Source: Desulfobulbaceae bacterium
Lineage (GTDB): Bacteria; Desulfobacterota; Desulfobulbia; Desulfobulbales; SURF-16
Reading direction: 5' to 3'
Assembly (NCBI GenBank): GCA_020444175.1
Contig: JAHLLM010000006.1
Coordinates: forward strand, 4,204-68,203
Length of the DNA: 64,000 nt
How positions within the stretch are numbered: the stretch's first letter is position 1; every line of letters starts with the position of its first letter. The position numbers were made by a program, and so were the translations under genes. The notes under the pieces are model-generated. The model had not been told where the DNA came from. It did not search any database and saw only the letters and a program-made list of their open reading frames with translations. Below, piece after piece: positions 38,853-48,259 of the stretch.

Positions 38853-39034
38853 TATCAAAAATCCCCCGGGTTTCTATGACAGAGATACGGGGGAGGGGAG
38901 GGAAGATGAAAAAGAAATTTTTGATGCAGCGCATTTTGAATGCCTTATACAAAAGGAGGACCTTCATAAGAGGCTCTTTCTGTCAATGGCCACATTCTAA
39001 AAAACGCAGGTCACATTTTGCAGGAATGTGGCCG

Positions 39035-39081
39035 GGTCCCCTTGCTCCGCAAGCCGCTTACCCCACCCGAAACCACTTCCC
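39035..39081 (+). repeat. 47-nt direct repeat C, copy 1
   Basis: ggtccccttgctccgcaagccgcttaccccacccgaaaccacttccc versus copy 2 at 40816-40862 (5 mismatches by eye). Confidence 0.8.
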
Positions 39082-39166
39082 AACGGTAGATCCGGAGGAC
39101 CCCATAGCATTTGAGACAATTTTGGTCTTTAATTGTTTGAATGAGTTTTCAGGGGTAAAAATTTTT

Positions 39167-39442
39167 TTAACCGAACTGGTAGTGTTTCCTGATTGGTTTA
39201 GTCACTTTCCAGTGGCATGACATACCTGCTGGAAATGTTACGAGATCACCGGCTTTAATAGATACTCCTTGACCGTCGTCAGGAGTGACAATAACTTCAC
39301 CTTCCAAGATCAGGCAGGTCTCTTTGGCATCGTAAGTCCAGGGAAACTCGGATACCTCGCAGGTCCAGATGGGCCAATTCTTTATACCCATAGTGTTTAC
39401 CTTCGATTCTGTCGGGTTGCTATCTATCTGTATTTTACTCAT
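39167..39442 (-). CDS. small cupin (cupin_3/DUF861-like) protein
   Basis: 91 aa with WTCEVSEFPWTYDAKETCLILEGEVIVTPDDG...GDLVTFPAGMSCHWKV. Confidence 0.7.
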   Translation of the reverse strand: MSKIQIDSNPTESKVNTMGIKNWPIWTCEVSEFPWTYDAKETCLILEGEVIVTPDDGQGVSIKAGDLVTFPAGMSCHWKVTKPIRKHYQFG

Positions 39443-39842
39443 TTTGAAATTCCTTTCTTATTTCTTCCATTCGCCGGCGGTTCTTTCCAAAATCCCAGTA
39501 CCCTAGTCGTGAAGCTGATCGGACATGAATGACTTTGTTTTCTGAGTCCACCATAAACATTCCGTCATCAACAAATCCCAGGAGAGTTCTGAATTCCACT
39601 CGGATAGTATTATCATCAGCGGATATAATGGTTGTATCAGGCCGCTTTTCAATAATTCCCTTCAATCTTTCAAAGGCTGTTTTTGTATCATCCACAACAG
39701 TAAATGCATCAATATGGTGATTATCTGCCGCCTGACTAGAAACACAATTGGGGGAGGATGGACATGGTTCAAAATAGTGCATGGGTGTTCCCCCCATTAC
39801 TGCCGCCATAATCAACAGGCTTAACTGATTTAACCAGAGCAT
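39435..39842 (-). CDS. DUF1499-family protein
   Basis: 135 aa with CPSSPNCVSSQA...HHIDAF and FVDDGMF...IHVRSASRLGYWDFGKNRRR. Confidence 0.65.
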   Translation of the reverse strand: MLWLNQLSLLIMAAVMGGTPMHYFEPCPSSPNCVSSQAADNHHIDAFTVVDDTKTAFERLKGIIEKRPDTTIISADDNTIRVEFRTLLGFVDDGMFMVDSENKVIHVRSASRLGYWDFGKNRRRMEEIRKEFQNE

Positions 39843-39924
39843 TTTTATTGTTTAACAAGATCATTAACAAGTTTTAAGGGGCGTCACGAAGAGCCGTCCA
39901 ACTTTACCGCTGAGTATACGATGC

Positions 39925-40482
39925 TTATTCAAAATATGAAATTAACGGTGCATCTATTCGTTGGTATAGAGGATGGACTGGGGAGCCGTTTTTATTCTTA
40001 CCAAAGCAAAATACTTTTCCTTGATCGCAAACCTCCCGCAATATTGTTTCTACTGCGGGCCCCCGGCCTGATTTGTGACCGGAATTTCCCCAGCTCACAA
40101 CAACCAATCGTGCTTTGGCTGCGATTTGTCTAATCCATTCATCGTTTTCAGGAAGGTTAACTACCACAGTTTTTGCCAAATCAGATGAATACGTACCTCG
40201 AATGGACATGACATTGAGCTGGTAGTAAGCACCTACGCCCCAGTGCCCTCGGGCTCTACGAACCATACCAGCCACAGTTGGATCGCTGACATTTTCTGCT
40301 GCCCCAGACGGATTCATACTAATGCCGCAAGCATAATCTTCTGGGTTTCCCCAATATCGAAACAATGTAAAACGGTGGGATCTATCGTTGTTAAAAACAG
40401 TACGGGCGGCGATGAGGGGATCTACAGACATATCAGGTAACGGGGCTGATGATCCGATAGCTGCAGTGGCGAATTTAGACAT
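39925..40482 (-). CDS. DUF1643-family protein
   Basis: 185 aa with HRFTLFRYWG...ISMNPSGAAENVSDPTV...YYQLNVMSIRGTYSSDL. Confidence 0.65.
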   Translation of the reverse strand: MSKFATAAIGSSAPLPDMSVDPLIAARTVFNNDRSHRFTLFRYWGNPEDYACGISMNPSGAAENVSDPTVAGMVRRARGHWGVGAYYQLNVMSIRGTYSSDLAKTVVVNLPENDEWIRQIAAKARLVVVSWGNSGHKSGRGPAVETILREVCDQGKVFCFGKNKNGSPVHPLYQRIDAPLISYFE

Positions 40483-40815
40483 TAAATAATACTAAGTCGG
40501 CTGTTTGAAATTAACATTCACGTAATCGTAATGCCCATCATTGAAATAATTGGGGAAAATCCATTTTCGATAAGACTTGCCACGTTATCTCATTGTCAAA
40601 CGTAAAGTGGAAGTACGTCCTTACCCAAATACGGAAACAGCTTACAGTAGCTTTCTTGTATCAAATAGTTGCCACTGTTTCCAGTAGAAAGGTTACCTAA
40701 AACCTAAAAACCGACACTTAATGTGATCCCGCGTAGCACAAAAAAGACATCCTTATTTCTGAAAAATTCTCTGTATCATATCAAAACAGAAAATATGCAC
40801 CCGAATTTTGAATCT

Positions 40816-40862
40816 GGACCCCTTGCTCTGCAAGCCGCTTACCCCACCCGAGACCCTTCCCC
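40816..40862 (+). repeat. 47-nt direct repeat C, copy 2
   Basis: ggaccccttgctctgcaagccgcttaccccacccgagacccttcccc. Confidence 0.8.
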
Positions 40863-41279
40863 TCAACCCCGCTTCACCATTTCCCGTCGTCCAGATTGTA
40901 ACCTGTGTTTGGCTATCTTTCTCCAGCCCTCATGGCTGTGCGGTTCGTTTCATACATGCATCAAAAAACATCCGGCTGCCTCTATTCAGCTTGCACTATT
41001 CTTCTTTCCAGATCAGCTTTTTCTATTCTCAGTCTTGCTCCTGCAGAATTTCTTAAAGCCATTCTAAGCCCCTCTCTTTCGTTTGCCGGCTCGCTGTTTT
41101 TAATGTGGCCACTGTAGCCGGGCGTCTCGAAAAACAAGGCCAAGCCTTTTGGAAAGATATGAAAAAATGACGGAAGGGGAGTTATTTTTTAAAATCTTTG
41201 CCATGTTTTTGTTCCTCTTGTTCCTGCTGAAAAACGTGTCACAAAACATCAACCCATAACTCAAAAGGAGGAACAAGAA

Positions 41280-41465
41280 ATGGCTAAAAGAATAATGCAA
41301 ATCGTTGGAGCAAAAAAAGTTGAAGGTCAGAAACACGCAATCTGGACCAGGATTGGAACAGCTTTTGAAAACTCGGATGGCAGCATGAATCTGGTTTTTG
41401 ATTACTTTCCGTTAAATCGTGAAATTTCTCTCCAGGTCCGAGAGCTGGATAAGAAATCGGACTAG
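41280..41465 (+). CDS. small conserved-looking hypothetical protein (61 aa)
   Basis: A strong AAGGAGG lies upstream and a terminator follows. The product is MAKRIMQIVGAKKVEGQKHAIWTRIGTAFENSDGSMNLVFDYFPLN.... Confidence 0.6.
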   Translation: MAKRIMQIVGAKKVEGQKHAIWTRIGTAFENSDGSMNLVFDYFPLNREISLQVRELDKKSD

Positions 41466-41474
41466 CCAAACAAC

Positions 41475-41507
41475 AAGCCGTCCTGCCCGGGCGGCTTTCT
41501 TTTTGTT
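41475..41507 (+). terminator. Rho-independent terminator
   Basis: AAGCCG...CGGCTT stem around a GC-rich loop, followed by TCTTTTTGTT. Confidence 0.55.
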
Positions 41508-41540
41508 CCGCGTTTCATTTAGGGAAAGGGGGGAAGGGAT

Positions 41541-41679
41541 AAGGATGACACTCTCCCTGGCGGGCAGGGTGTCTGCTTGCAGCTCCCTAACCCTCACTGC
41601 GCGGTGAGGGAATCAAGGTGGACAGTCGATAGCCGCGCTGTCTCTTCATCAGAAGCCCCCATCCCCGGCAGCCCGCCCT
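41541..41679 (+). repeat. structured repeat B, copy 1
   Basis: aaggatgacactctccctggcgggcagggtgtc...ccctcactgcgcggtgaggg...gacagtcg..gcgctgtc...cccggcagcccgccct. Differs from copy 2 at fewer than ten positions by eye. Confidence 0.85.
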
Positions 41680-41809
41680 TGCGCATTATTGCGTAACGCA
41701 TGATAGAGTAAAATTATTTATGACGCCTTGATGTATAACGGTGTTTAATCGGTTGACTTTTGATGAAATGGGTCATATTTTATCCGTAAAGTTAATTAAG
41801 GGGTAAATT

Positions 41810-42151
41810 ATGTCTCGTAAGAATTTGTCACAACAAAGTCTCCCTCCTTCAATTTTACATTCCATTGTACAGTTGGGTGAACGTGTTCGGATCGCTCGAA
41901 AAAGACGAGCAATGACCATGGAGGACATGGCCTCACGAATGTTTGTCACTCGGAAAACACTGGCACGACTTGAGAAGGGTGATCCAGGGGTTTCATTTGC
42001 TGTATTTGCTTCAGCACTCTGGGTTTTGGGTCTTGAAAAAGATCTTTTGAGTATTGCTGCTCCGGAACAGGACAAGATCGGGATTTTCCAGGAACGCAAA
42101 CGATTACCTGAGCGGGTTCGCAGGCCCCGTTCTGATGATTTGGATTTCTGA
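41810..42151 (+). CDS. hipB: XRE-family HTH antitoxin HipB-like
   Basis: 113 aa with the HTH segment LGERVRIARKRRAMTMEDMASRMFVTRKTLARLEKG. It ends 2 nt before hipA. Confidence 0.75.
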   Translation: MSRKNLSQQSLPPSILHSIVQLGERVRIARKRRAMTMEDMASRMFVTRKTLARLEKGDPGVSFAVFASALWVLGLEKDLLSIAAPEQDKIGIFQERKRLPERVRRPRSDDLDF

Positions 42152-42153
42152 TT

Positions 42154-43371
42154 ATGGCTGAGCAAAAACTTGTAGTTTTCATTTATTTGCCCGAAGAGAC
42201 GGTTGCTGTTCCGGCAGGAATTTTTACTCACGATAGTGAGGCAGGAATCGGTTCCTTTGCCTATGGACGGAAGTATCTGGAAAGAAGTAATGCTCTTCCT
42301 GTTGATCCTGTCGCTTTACCTTTGGGTGAAACTCCTGTTTTGGTCAGAAGCAATGGTGGGTTGTATGGCGCATTTCGTGATGCCGCTCCAGATTATTGGG
42401 GCAGGCTTGTTATAGCTGCAGAAGCAAAGCTTGCTCCAGAGGCTCTTTCAGAAATAGATTTTCTTGAGGCAGCTAACGCCACTCGGGTGGGCAACCTTGA
42501 TTTTCGTGACTCGATTGAAACTCCTGAACCTGATCTTGTTCCTCCTCATTTTGACCAGTTGGAGCGGATAATTGCTGTTGCCGGGCAGATTGAAGCAGGG
42601 GAGGAAGCTGAGAGTCATCTTGTTCAGCTCCTCCGTCAGGGAACCAGCATGGGTGGGGCACGTCCCAAATGCACAGTCGAGTGGGATGATGCTTTGTGGA
42701 TTGCCAAATTCCCGGCAAAAGATGATACATTGAATATTTCTTGTATTGAATATGCAACCATGAAGCTTGCGGAAAAATGCGAGATTAATATACCAGAGAT
42801 ACGTCTTGTTCAGGTAGGCGGGAAGGATGTATTTCTTTCGAGGCGATTTGATCGGGGAAAAACAGGAAAGAGGTGGAAGAGAAAAGGCTTTATCAGCTCA
42901 TTGTCGTTTATGCAATGGGATGAGAGTGATCGCTTGCAGTGGGATTATTCAGCTATAGCTGCCAATATGCGACGGTACATGGAACCGGCTTATATTCAAG
43001 AGTTTTTCCGCCGGATGGTATTCAATATTCTTGTGCGCAATACAGATGATCATCCCAGGAATCATGGCATGTTGATTGATGGAGATAAAATGTATCTTTC
43101 TCCAGCTTATGACATAGTTCCTTCAATTACTCGGAAGGGAATCGGAACCAGCTTCAGGCTTGCCATGTCGGTTGGAAGTCAAGGGCGTGAAGCTAATATT
43201 GAAAATGCTCTTAGCCAATCCGCCAGCTTCGGCTTCCCGGCAGAGGATGCAGCTGATGTTGTGGAAAAGATGATAACCGCCATCAACAATTGGCAAGAGT
43301 TATATCGAGAGAGTGGGGTTTCCGAACGCGATCTTGAGGTAATTGCCCCTTCCTTTGGTTTTTGTGACTAA
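42154..43371 (+). CDS. hipA: HipA-family kinase toxin
   Basis: 405 aa with GTSMGGARPKCTV, WIAKFP and RNTDDHPRNHGMLIDG...LSPAYDIVP. Confidence 0.85.
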   Translation: MAEQKLVVFIYLPEETVAVPAGIFTHDSEAGIGSFAYGRKYLERSNALPVDPVALPLGETPVLVRSNGGLYGAFRDAAPDYWGRLVIAAEAKLAPEALSEIDFLEAANATRVGNLDFRDSIETPEPDLVPPHFDQLERIIAVAGQIEAGEEAESHLVQLLRQGTSMGGARPKCTVEWDDALWIAKFPAKDDTLNISCIEYATMKLAEKCEINIPEIRLVQVGGKDVFLSRRFDRGKTGKRWKRKGFISSLSFMQWDESDRLQWDYSAIAANMRRYMEPAYIQEFFRRMVFNILVRNTDDHPRNHGMLIDGDKMYLSPAYDIVPSITRKGIGTSFRLAMSVGSQGREANIENALSQSASFGFPAEDAADVVEKMITAINNWQELYRESGVSERDLEVIAPSFGFCD

Positions 43372-43440
43372 AGTCCCTACCTTAACGGGGTAAAGCTATC
43401 CCTGGAAAGGGCGTAGGTAGTTTCTTTTCTTGCAAAATTG

Positions 43441-43580
43441 AAGGATGACACTCTCCCTGGCGGGCAGGGTGTCTGCATTCAGCTCCCTAACCCTCACTGC
43501 GGGGTGAGGGAATCAAGGTGGACAGTCGATTCCCCGCGCTGTCTCTCTATCAGAAGCCCCCATACCCGGCAGCCCGCCCT
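43441..43580 (+). repeat. structured repeat B, copy 2
   Basis: Same element as 41541-41679, in the same orientation, 70 nt after the hipA stop. Confidence 0.85.
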
Positions 43581-43688
43581 GTTAATCTTTTATAGCAATT
43601 TTTTGTTGATAATTGTTTTAGATTTTAACTTTTCCCGTAGGCGGTGTGTTATATTTTTGATCGCTTAAAACAAACTGGAGATAACAAA

Positions 43689-44213
43689 ATGGATTATTCC
43701 GATATCATAGAATTTCACGGTCATGAATGTCCTGGACTTGCAATTGGTTACAGGATGGCTTGTGCAGGAATGGCAGCCCTCGATTCAATAAGGTCCGAAG
43801 ATGAGGAAGTGATTGCTATAGTTGAGAATGATGCCTGCGGAGCTGATGCTCTGCAATGTGTAACCGGCTGTACTTTTGGGAAAGGGAATCTCTTTTTCCA
43901 TGATCATGGAAAACAGGTTTATACACTTTATTCCAGAACAACACGAAAAGGTGTCCGTATTGTCTTTCATAGGAAAGGTGCACCAGAAGGCATAAGTGAG
44001 GACAGAGCTGCCTTTGCGAAATGGATACTTTCTGCTCCTGAAGAGAGCATAATCACCATAACCGAAGTAATTATTTCTGAACCTGAGCCGGCAAGAATTA
44101 TGAAATCTCAACCTTGCTCCTTATGTGGTGAACAGGTTATGGAATCACGATTGGAATGGGTGAATGGAAATCCTTTATGTATTCCGTGTTCGGCGAAGAA
44201 GAAAAACGGATGA
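43689..44213 (+). CDS. FmdE-family protein with a C-terminal zinc ribbon
   Basis: GGAG precedes ATG 43689. Motifs are FHGHECPGLAIGYRM, NDACGADALQCVTGCTFGKGNL and CSLCGE...CIPC. Confidence 0.75.
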   Translation: MDYSDIIEFHGHECPGLAIGYRMACAGMAALDSIRSEDEEVIAIVENDACGADALQCVTGCTFGKGNLFFHDHGKQVYTLYSRTTRKGVRIVFHRKGAPEGISEDRAAFAKWILSAPEESIITITEVIISEPEPARIMKSQPCSLCGEQVMESRLEWVNGNPLCIPCSAKKKNG

Positions 44214-44710
44214 GCCGGTCATTTCCACAGTAATCTTAGATAATAATACAGGAGTAAAATCCATGGAGCAGTAGTAGCCGGTTTCGGTCTCATTCAAATG
44301 TTACTCTTATTTGCCGGCATTATGCAATACTCATCCCATTCTTCGTGTTTCGGATTCGGAGTGAAAGCATAAAAACAAAACAAAAACTTGATGAACTGAT
44401 CAGCCTTTTGAAAATGTCCCAAAATCTGCCAGTCAATACGGTGCCGTGCTTGCGAGTGCCTGTCCGCCTGCCTGGTGATACTGGGCAAAGTCTGTCAAAA
44501 CAGGAAAACACAGCGGCAGAATCAATCGATGAAAGACAGTTGTGCGAAGATAAAAATTGTCTCGGAAAATTGGGTCTGAGGGAAAGTGCGAGTCCATTTA
44601 CAGCGTATTCCACCTGTTTTTAAATACGTTTAAGAGCCTTCAAATCCATCTTTGACAATTAAAATTCGTCAAATATATTTTTTCATTTTTCTTCTTGACA
44701 AATGTTACTT

Positions 44711-44751
44711 CACTCTTTATCCTATGTCCTAAGGACATAGGATAAAGAGTG
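44711..44751. promoter_or_regulatory. 41-bp perfect palindrome (20-bp arms), candidate AbiEi operator 1
   Basis: cactctttatcctatgtcct-a-aggacataggataaagagtg. Confidence 0.6.
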
Positions 44752-44815
44752 ATTAAACCCTTTTCTATTCTGGCATTTTGGATTTATCTATAAATAAAAC
44801 TTGAAAAATTTATGC

Positions 44816-44856
44816 AAGCATGATATGTGAATCCTTAGGATTCACATATCATGCTT
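44816..44856. promoter_or_regulatory. 41-bp perfect palindrome (20-bp arms), candidate AbiEi operator 2, overlapping a putative promoter
   Basis: aagcatgatatgtgaatcct-t-aggattcacatatcatgctt. TTGAAA at 44801-44806 lies 17 nt before tatgtg, which is inside the palindrome. The palindrome ends 13 nt before the abiEi ATG. Confidence 0.6.
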
Positions 44857-44869
44857 ACCAAAACATCTC

Positions 44870-45787
44870 ATGAAATCATCTCAACCAATCCTATTAAGTA
44901 AAGCCATCGCTCTCTCCTTAGGCGAACTGAACCAACCAGTAGTATCAAAATATCAACTAGGAGTATTGATTTACCATCTCTACTTATCAACAAGTTATCA
45001 CGGAAGTCCAATTGGAAATTTGAAGTTAAACTCGCCAGACCTACCGGCCTTTAATTACCACCTTAAAAAGTTATTAGAGTTAGGAATAATCACCCCTAGT
45101 ACTAAATTAAAGTCATCTGTTTTTAACATTTTAGGAAAAGAATCCAACTCCCCAGCTGAAATTGCTTGTTCTATAGACCCCTTCGCATATATCTCGCACC
45201 TCAGCGCAATGGAATATCACGGCATCACAGACAGGCTTCCAAAAATACTCTTTTTATCCACACCAGAACAGAGAAAATGGAGAGAATTCGCGCAAGATCG
45301 AATGCTAAAAGACTTAAAAGAAAACTTGGATGATTACCTTGAAAGTAGGCTTCCAAAACTTGCACGAATTAATTTTGAAAAAATTGGGGCCACTAACATT
45401 AATAGATATTCTAGCCTTCACTATGGGGCATATAAATCTGTCAAAGATAGCCCTTTAAGAGTTTCAACCATTGGGCGCACATTTTTAGATATGCTCCGAG
45501 CCCCTAATCTATGTGGAGGGATATATCACGTCATTGAGGTCTACCAAGAATATACCCCTTCTTACCTCAATTTAATTACTGATGAGATTGATAGGCACGG
45601 GAAATCAATAGATAAAGTCCGCGCTGGTTACATTTTAGAAGAAAAATGCAATGTCCAGAACAACCCCGCGATCGAATCTTGGCAAAAATATGTCCAACGA
45701 GGAGGCTCTCGAAAACTGGACATAACCCAAGAGTATAGCCCAAACTACTCAGAACGGTGGTGCCTTTCATTAAACATTTTTGAGTGA
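44870..45787 (+). CDS. abiEi: type IV TA antitoxin AbiEi-like
   Basis: 305 aa. The segment FAYISHLSAMEYHGITDRLPKILFLSTP is typical of AbiEi-family proteins. It lies immediately upstream of an AbiEii-type gene. Confidence 0.7.
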   Translation: MKSSQPILLSKAIALSLGELNQPVVSKYQLGVLIYHLYLSTSYHGSPIGNLKLNSPDLPAFNYHLKKLLELGIITPSTKLKSSVFNILGKESNSPAEIACSIDPFAYISHLSAMEYHGITDRLPKILFLSTPEQRKWREFAQDRMLKDLKENLDDYLESRLPKLARINFEKIGATNINRYSSLHYGAYKSVKDSPLRVSTIGRTFLDMLRAPNLCGGIYHVIEVYQEYTPSYLNLITDEIDRHGKSIDKVRAGYILEEKCNVQNNPAIESWQKYVQRGGSRKLDITQEYSPNYSERWCLSLNIFE

Positions 45788-45797
45788 CTAATGAAGT

Positions 45798-46658
45798 ATG
45801 GAACAATATGATATTGGCAAATGGGTCAGTCTTGAAGAAAACCCAGATCACAAAACCCTCAGAGAAGCAATTCATACTGTATTAGTTGCTATATCAACAG
45901 GACATTGGCTTAACTGTAACATGATAATAAAAGGTGGTGTCCTTCTTGCAATTCGCTACGAAAGCGTACGCTTCACTGAAGATATAGATTTCTCAACACG
46001 AATAACTCTAAAAGATTTTGATCAAGATTCTTTTTTAAAAGAACTTGGTCAGAGTTTAGCAACTGCGGTTGAAAAACTAGATTATGGCCTTGATTGCAGA
46101 ATCCAATCGTATCAAATGCAGCCATCTAACAATCCTGAAGCAAGCTTTCCAACTTTTAAATTAAAAATTGGATACGCGTACAAGCATGATTCAAATAGTC
46201 ATAAACGTTTATTGAAAAGACAGTCTTCGAAGGTGTTGAAGCTAGATTACAGCTTGAATGAAGAAACTCAGGATATTGAATCGTTCGAGATTTCCGACGG
46301 AGGGACTCTTTCTGCATATAGTTTATCAGATTTAGTTGCTGAAAAATATAGAGCAATTCTGCAACAAAAAGTAAGGAATCGGGTTAGAAGGCAAGACGCC
46401 TATGATTTATTTGCCTTGATGAAAAAACTTCCTATTACTGATCCTGCCGAAAAGAAACATATACTTGAGACACTCATAAAAAAATCTGCTGCCCGAAACT
46501 TAGAAATAAATTTTGAATCCATTTCAGTTCCGGAAACGTTCAAGAGATCAAAAAATCAATACGAAATGCTTGCCTCTGAAATTGGAGGAGAACTTCCAAA
46601 ATTCGAAGAAGTATATACGTTTGTGGAAGATTTTTACAAGTCCCTCCCCTGGGGGTGA
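45798..46658 (+). CDS. abiEii: nucleotidyltransferase toxin AbiEii/AbiGii (DUF1814) family
   Basis: 286 aa with IKGGVLLAIRYESVRFTEDIDFS, DLVAEKYRAILQQ and RRQDAYDL. Confidence 0.75.
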   Translation: MEQYDIGKWVSLEENPDHKTLREAIHTVLVAISTGHWLNCNMIIKGGVLLAIRYESVRFTEDIDFSTRITLKDFDQDSFLKELGQSLATAVEKLDYGLDCRIQSYQMQPSNNPEASFPTFKLKIGYAYKHDSNSHKRLLKRQSSKVLKLDYSLNEETQDIESFEISDGGTLSAYSLSDLVAEKYRAILQQKVRNRVRRQDAYDLFALMKKLPITDPAEKKHILETLIKKSAARNLEINFESISVPETFKRSKNQYEMLASEIGGELPKFEEVYTFVEDFYKSLPWG

Positions 46659-46732
46659 ACTTCACCAAAATCCTGGACAGACCAAATGTTAAGCAGGCTC
46701 TGTGTTTCTGGGCAAGCAAAATACGGTTTTGT

Positions 46733-46930
46733 CTACTGAAGAGCCTCGAGCATTTTTTCCCGGTAAAATTTTTCGACCGCTTTAGTGATAACTTCATCCT
46801 CAGGAAGTTGTAACTCGATCTGCAGTATTTTTATCATTTTCTGCAATTCCTCTGAAGCGTTGATCCGTATTCTCTTCATCCCTGAAGTTTCGTATTGTTT
46901 TTTTAATTTACCTTGTTTTTCTCCTGCCAT
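46733..46930 (-). CDS. small ribbon-helix-helix-like protein
   Basis: 65 aa with GAGGAAG upstream of the ATG. RIRINASEELQKMIKILQ is compatible with an RHH strand-helix. Divergent from the integrase gene. Confidence 0.4.
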   Translation of the reverse strand: MAGEKQGKLKKQYETSGMKRIRINASEELQKMIKILQIELQLPEDEVITKAVEKFYREKMLEALQ

Positions 46931-47037
46931 AGCTTCCTCACGGTCTAAATATTAAATTTCACAATTTTGAACAAGAATAGCCAAAATTTATCCAAAAGTA
47001 CATTTTTTTGTTTTATACGTTTAGCAAGTTGTTTTAC

Positions 47038-47125
47038 TGCGCAATACCAAGAAAGGCTATTTGGGTAATTTATGAACTCGTCTATGCCTGAACATGGTCA
47101 AAAAAAGTAGTTTTACTGCGCAATA
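47038..47125 (+). promoter_or_regulatory. two direct copies of aagtNgttttactgcgcaata, 68 nt apart, in the RHH/integrase divergent region
   Basis: gttttactgcgcaata occurs at 47042-47057 and 47110-47125. An imperfect inverted repeat, gtgtagtaaaata/tattttatactacac, follows. Confidence 0.55.
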
Positions 47126-47305
47126 TATTGTATATTGTGTAGTAAAATAGTTTATTTTATACTACACTAATTAAAAAAGGTGTGAAAATTGGCTCTGTAG
47201 GAATGAAATGGGGCATCTCTGTTGTTCTTGTTTTTGAGATTTTCCTGTTATTAGAGATGAAAATTAAACTTTTGTATAAATAGTTACAAAAAACGTAAAA
47301 ATTGC

Positions 47306-48220
47306 ATGAAAGAGCTCGTTAATTCACATTGGAGTTGGGAAAAATCTGTTTCGGAATACAAGCTTTATATGGATGAGTCCGGACAATATTCCCCTGAGAC
47401 CATTAGAAACAGAGGGTATCTCCTGGGTTCTTTATCTCAATATGCGATAGAAAAGGGTATTCATACTGCTGGGGAAATGTCAAAAAAGTTGCTTCACAAC
47501 TATTTAATGTCAAAAAGGCTCTCAAATAGCTCAAAAAAGATAAGAATTCAAGAATTAGTCAATTTTTGTGATTTTTTGATAGATAATTTCGTTATTCTCG
47601 ATAATCACGCAAGATTGCTGGATATGCCCAAGGTTCCCAAGAAAGTCGTACAGACTTTAACGCGGGAAGAAGTGAAACGTGTTTATGAGCATATTTATAA
47701 AAATAAGCGGGAGGACATTCTCTGTCGTGACCTGGCGCTTTTCAACTTGCTTTTATTTCCTGGTTTGAGGGTCAGTGAGGTGATCAGGATTAAGTTCAAG
47801 GACATTTCGTTTTCCGAGTTGGTTGTCATAGTTAAGAGGAAAGGGGGCAAGGAGCAGAGGTTGCCTATTCAGCAGGAAACAGCTGATCATATTCAGGAGA
47901 TTCGTGAGCATAGGCAGTGTGGCTCAGAAGATTATGTTTTTATTGCCAGTAAAAGTAAGGAGAAACTCACTCAGCGTGGGGCGCAGTATATTGTGAATAC
48001 GTATCTTGAGAAAAAGGCTGGCATTTTGAAGTCTCGTCTCGGACCGCATCTTCTACGTCATACTGGGGCGACCATCATGTTGCAGGAAGGGATGGATATA
48101 AAGAGCCTCCAGGATATTTTGGGTCATGAGGATTTGCAGACGACTATGATTTATTCTCATACTGATCTTGAGACACAGAAGAAAAAGATGCAGCAGATGC
48201 CTGTGTTTGGGAGGGATTAG
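47306..48220 (+). CDS. tyrosine recombinase (XerC/D-like integrase)
   Basis: 304 aa with [30 protein letters not shown] and [15 protein letters not shown]. Confidence 0.85.
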   Translation: MKELVNSHWSWEKSVSEYKLYMDESGQYSPETIRNRGYLLGSLSQYAIEKGIHTAGEMSKKLLHNYLMSKRLSNSSKKIRIQELVNFCDFLIDNFVILDNHARLLDMPKVPKKVVQTLTREEVKRVYEHIYKNKREDILCRDLALFNLLLFPGLRVSEVIRIKFKDISFSELVVIVKRKGGKEQRLPIQQETADHIQEIREHRQCGSEDYVFIASKSKEKLTQRGAQYIVNTYLEKKAGILKSRLGPHLLRHTGATIMLQEGMDIKSLQDILGHEDLQTTMIYSHTDLETQKKKMQQMPVFGRD

Positions 48221-48259
48221 ATCAAAGTTTTTTCTAGCACTTAAAGGGGAGGTTTTCAG

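Noticed and set aside
38876-39220. Plus-strand ORFs 38876-39220 and 40723-41067, which share a PLA.QAAYPTR peptide.
   Set aside because: The shared peptide is simply the translation of direct repeat C. The rest of the two ORFs is unrelated, and one of them overlaps the cupin gene on the other strand.
41541-43580. Repeat B elements as integron attC sites (cassette-like ORF + repeat arrangement, TA cargo).
   Set aside because: No intI gene or attI is in the window. The elements are built of local hairpins rather than one long R''-L''/L'-R' bulged hairpin. I could not find a GTTRRRY / RYYYAAC core pair at the ends; only a ccctaac box is present.
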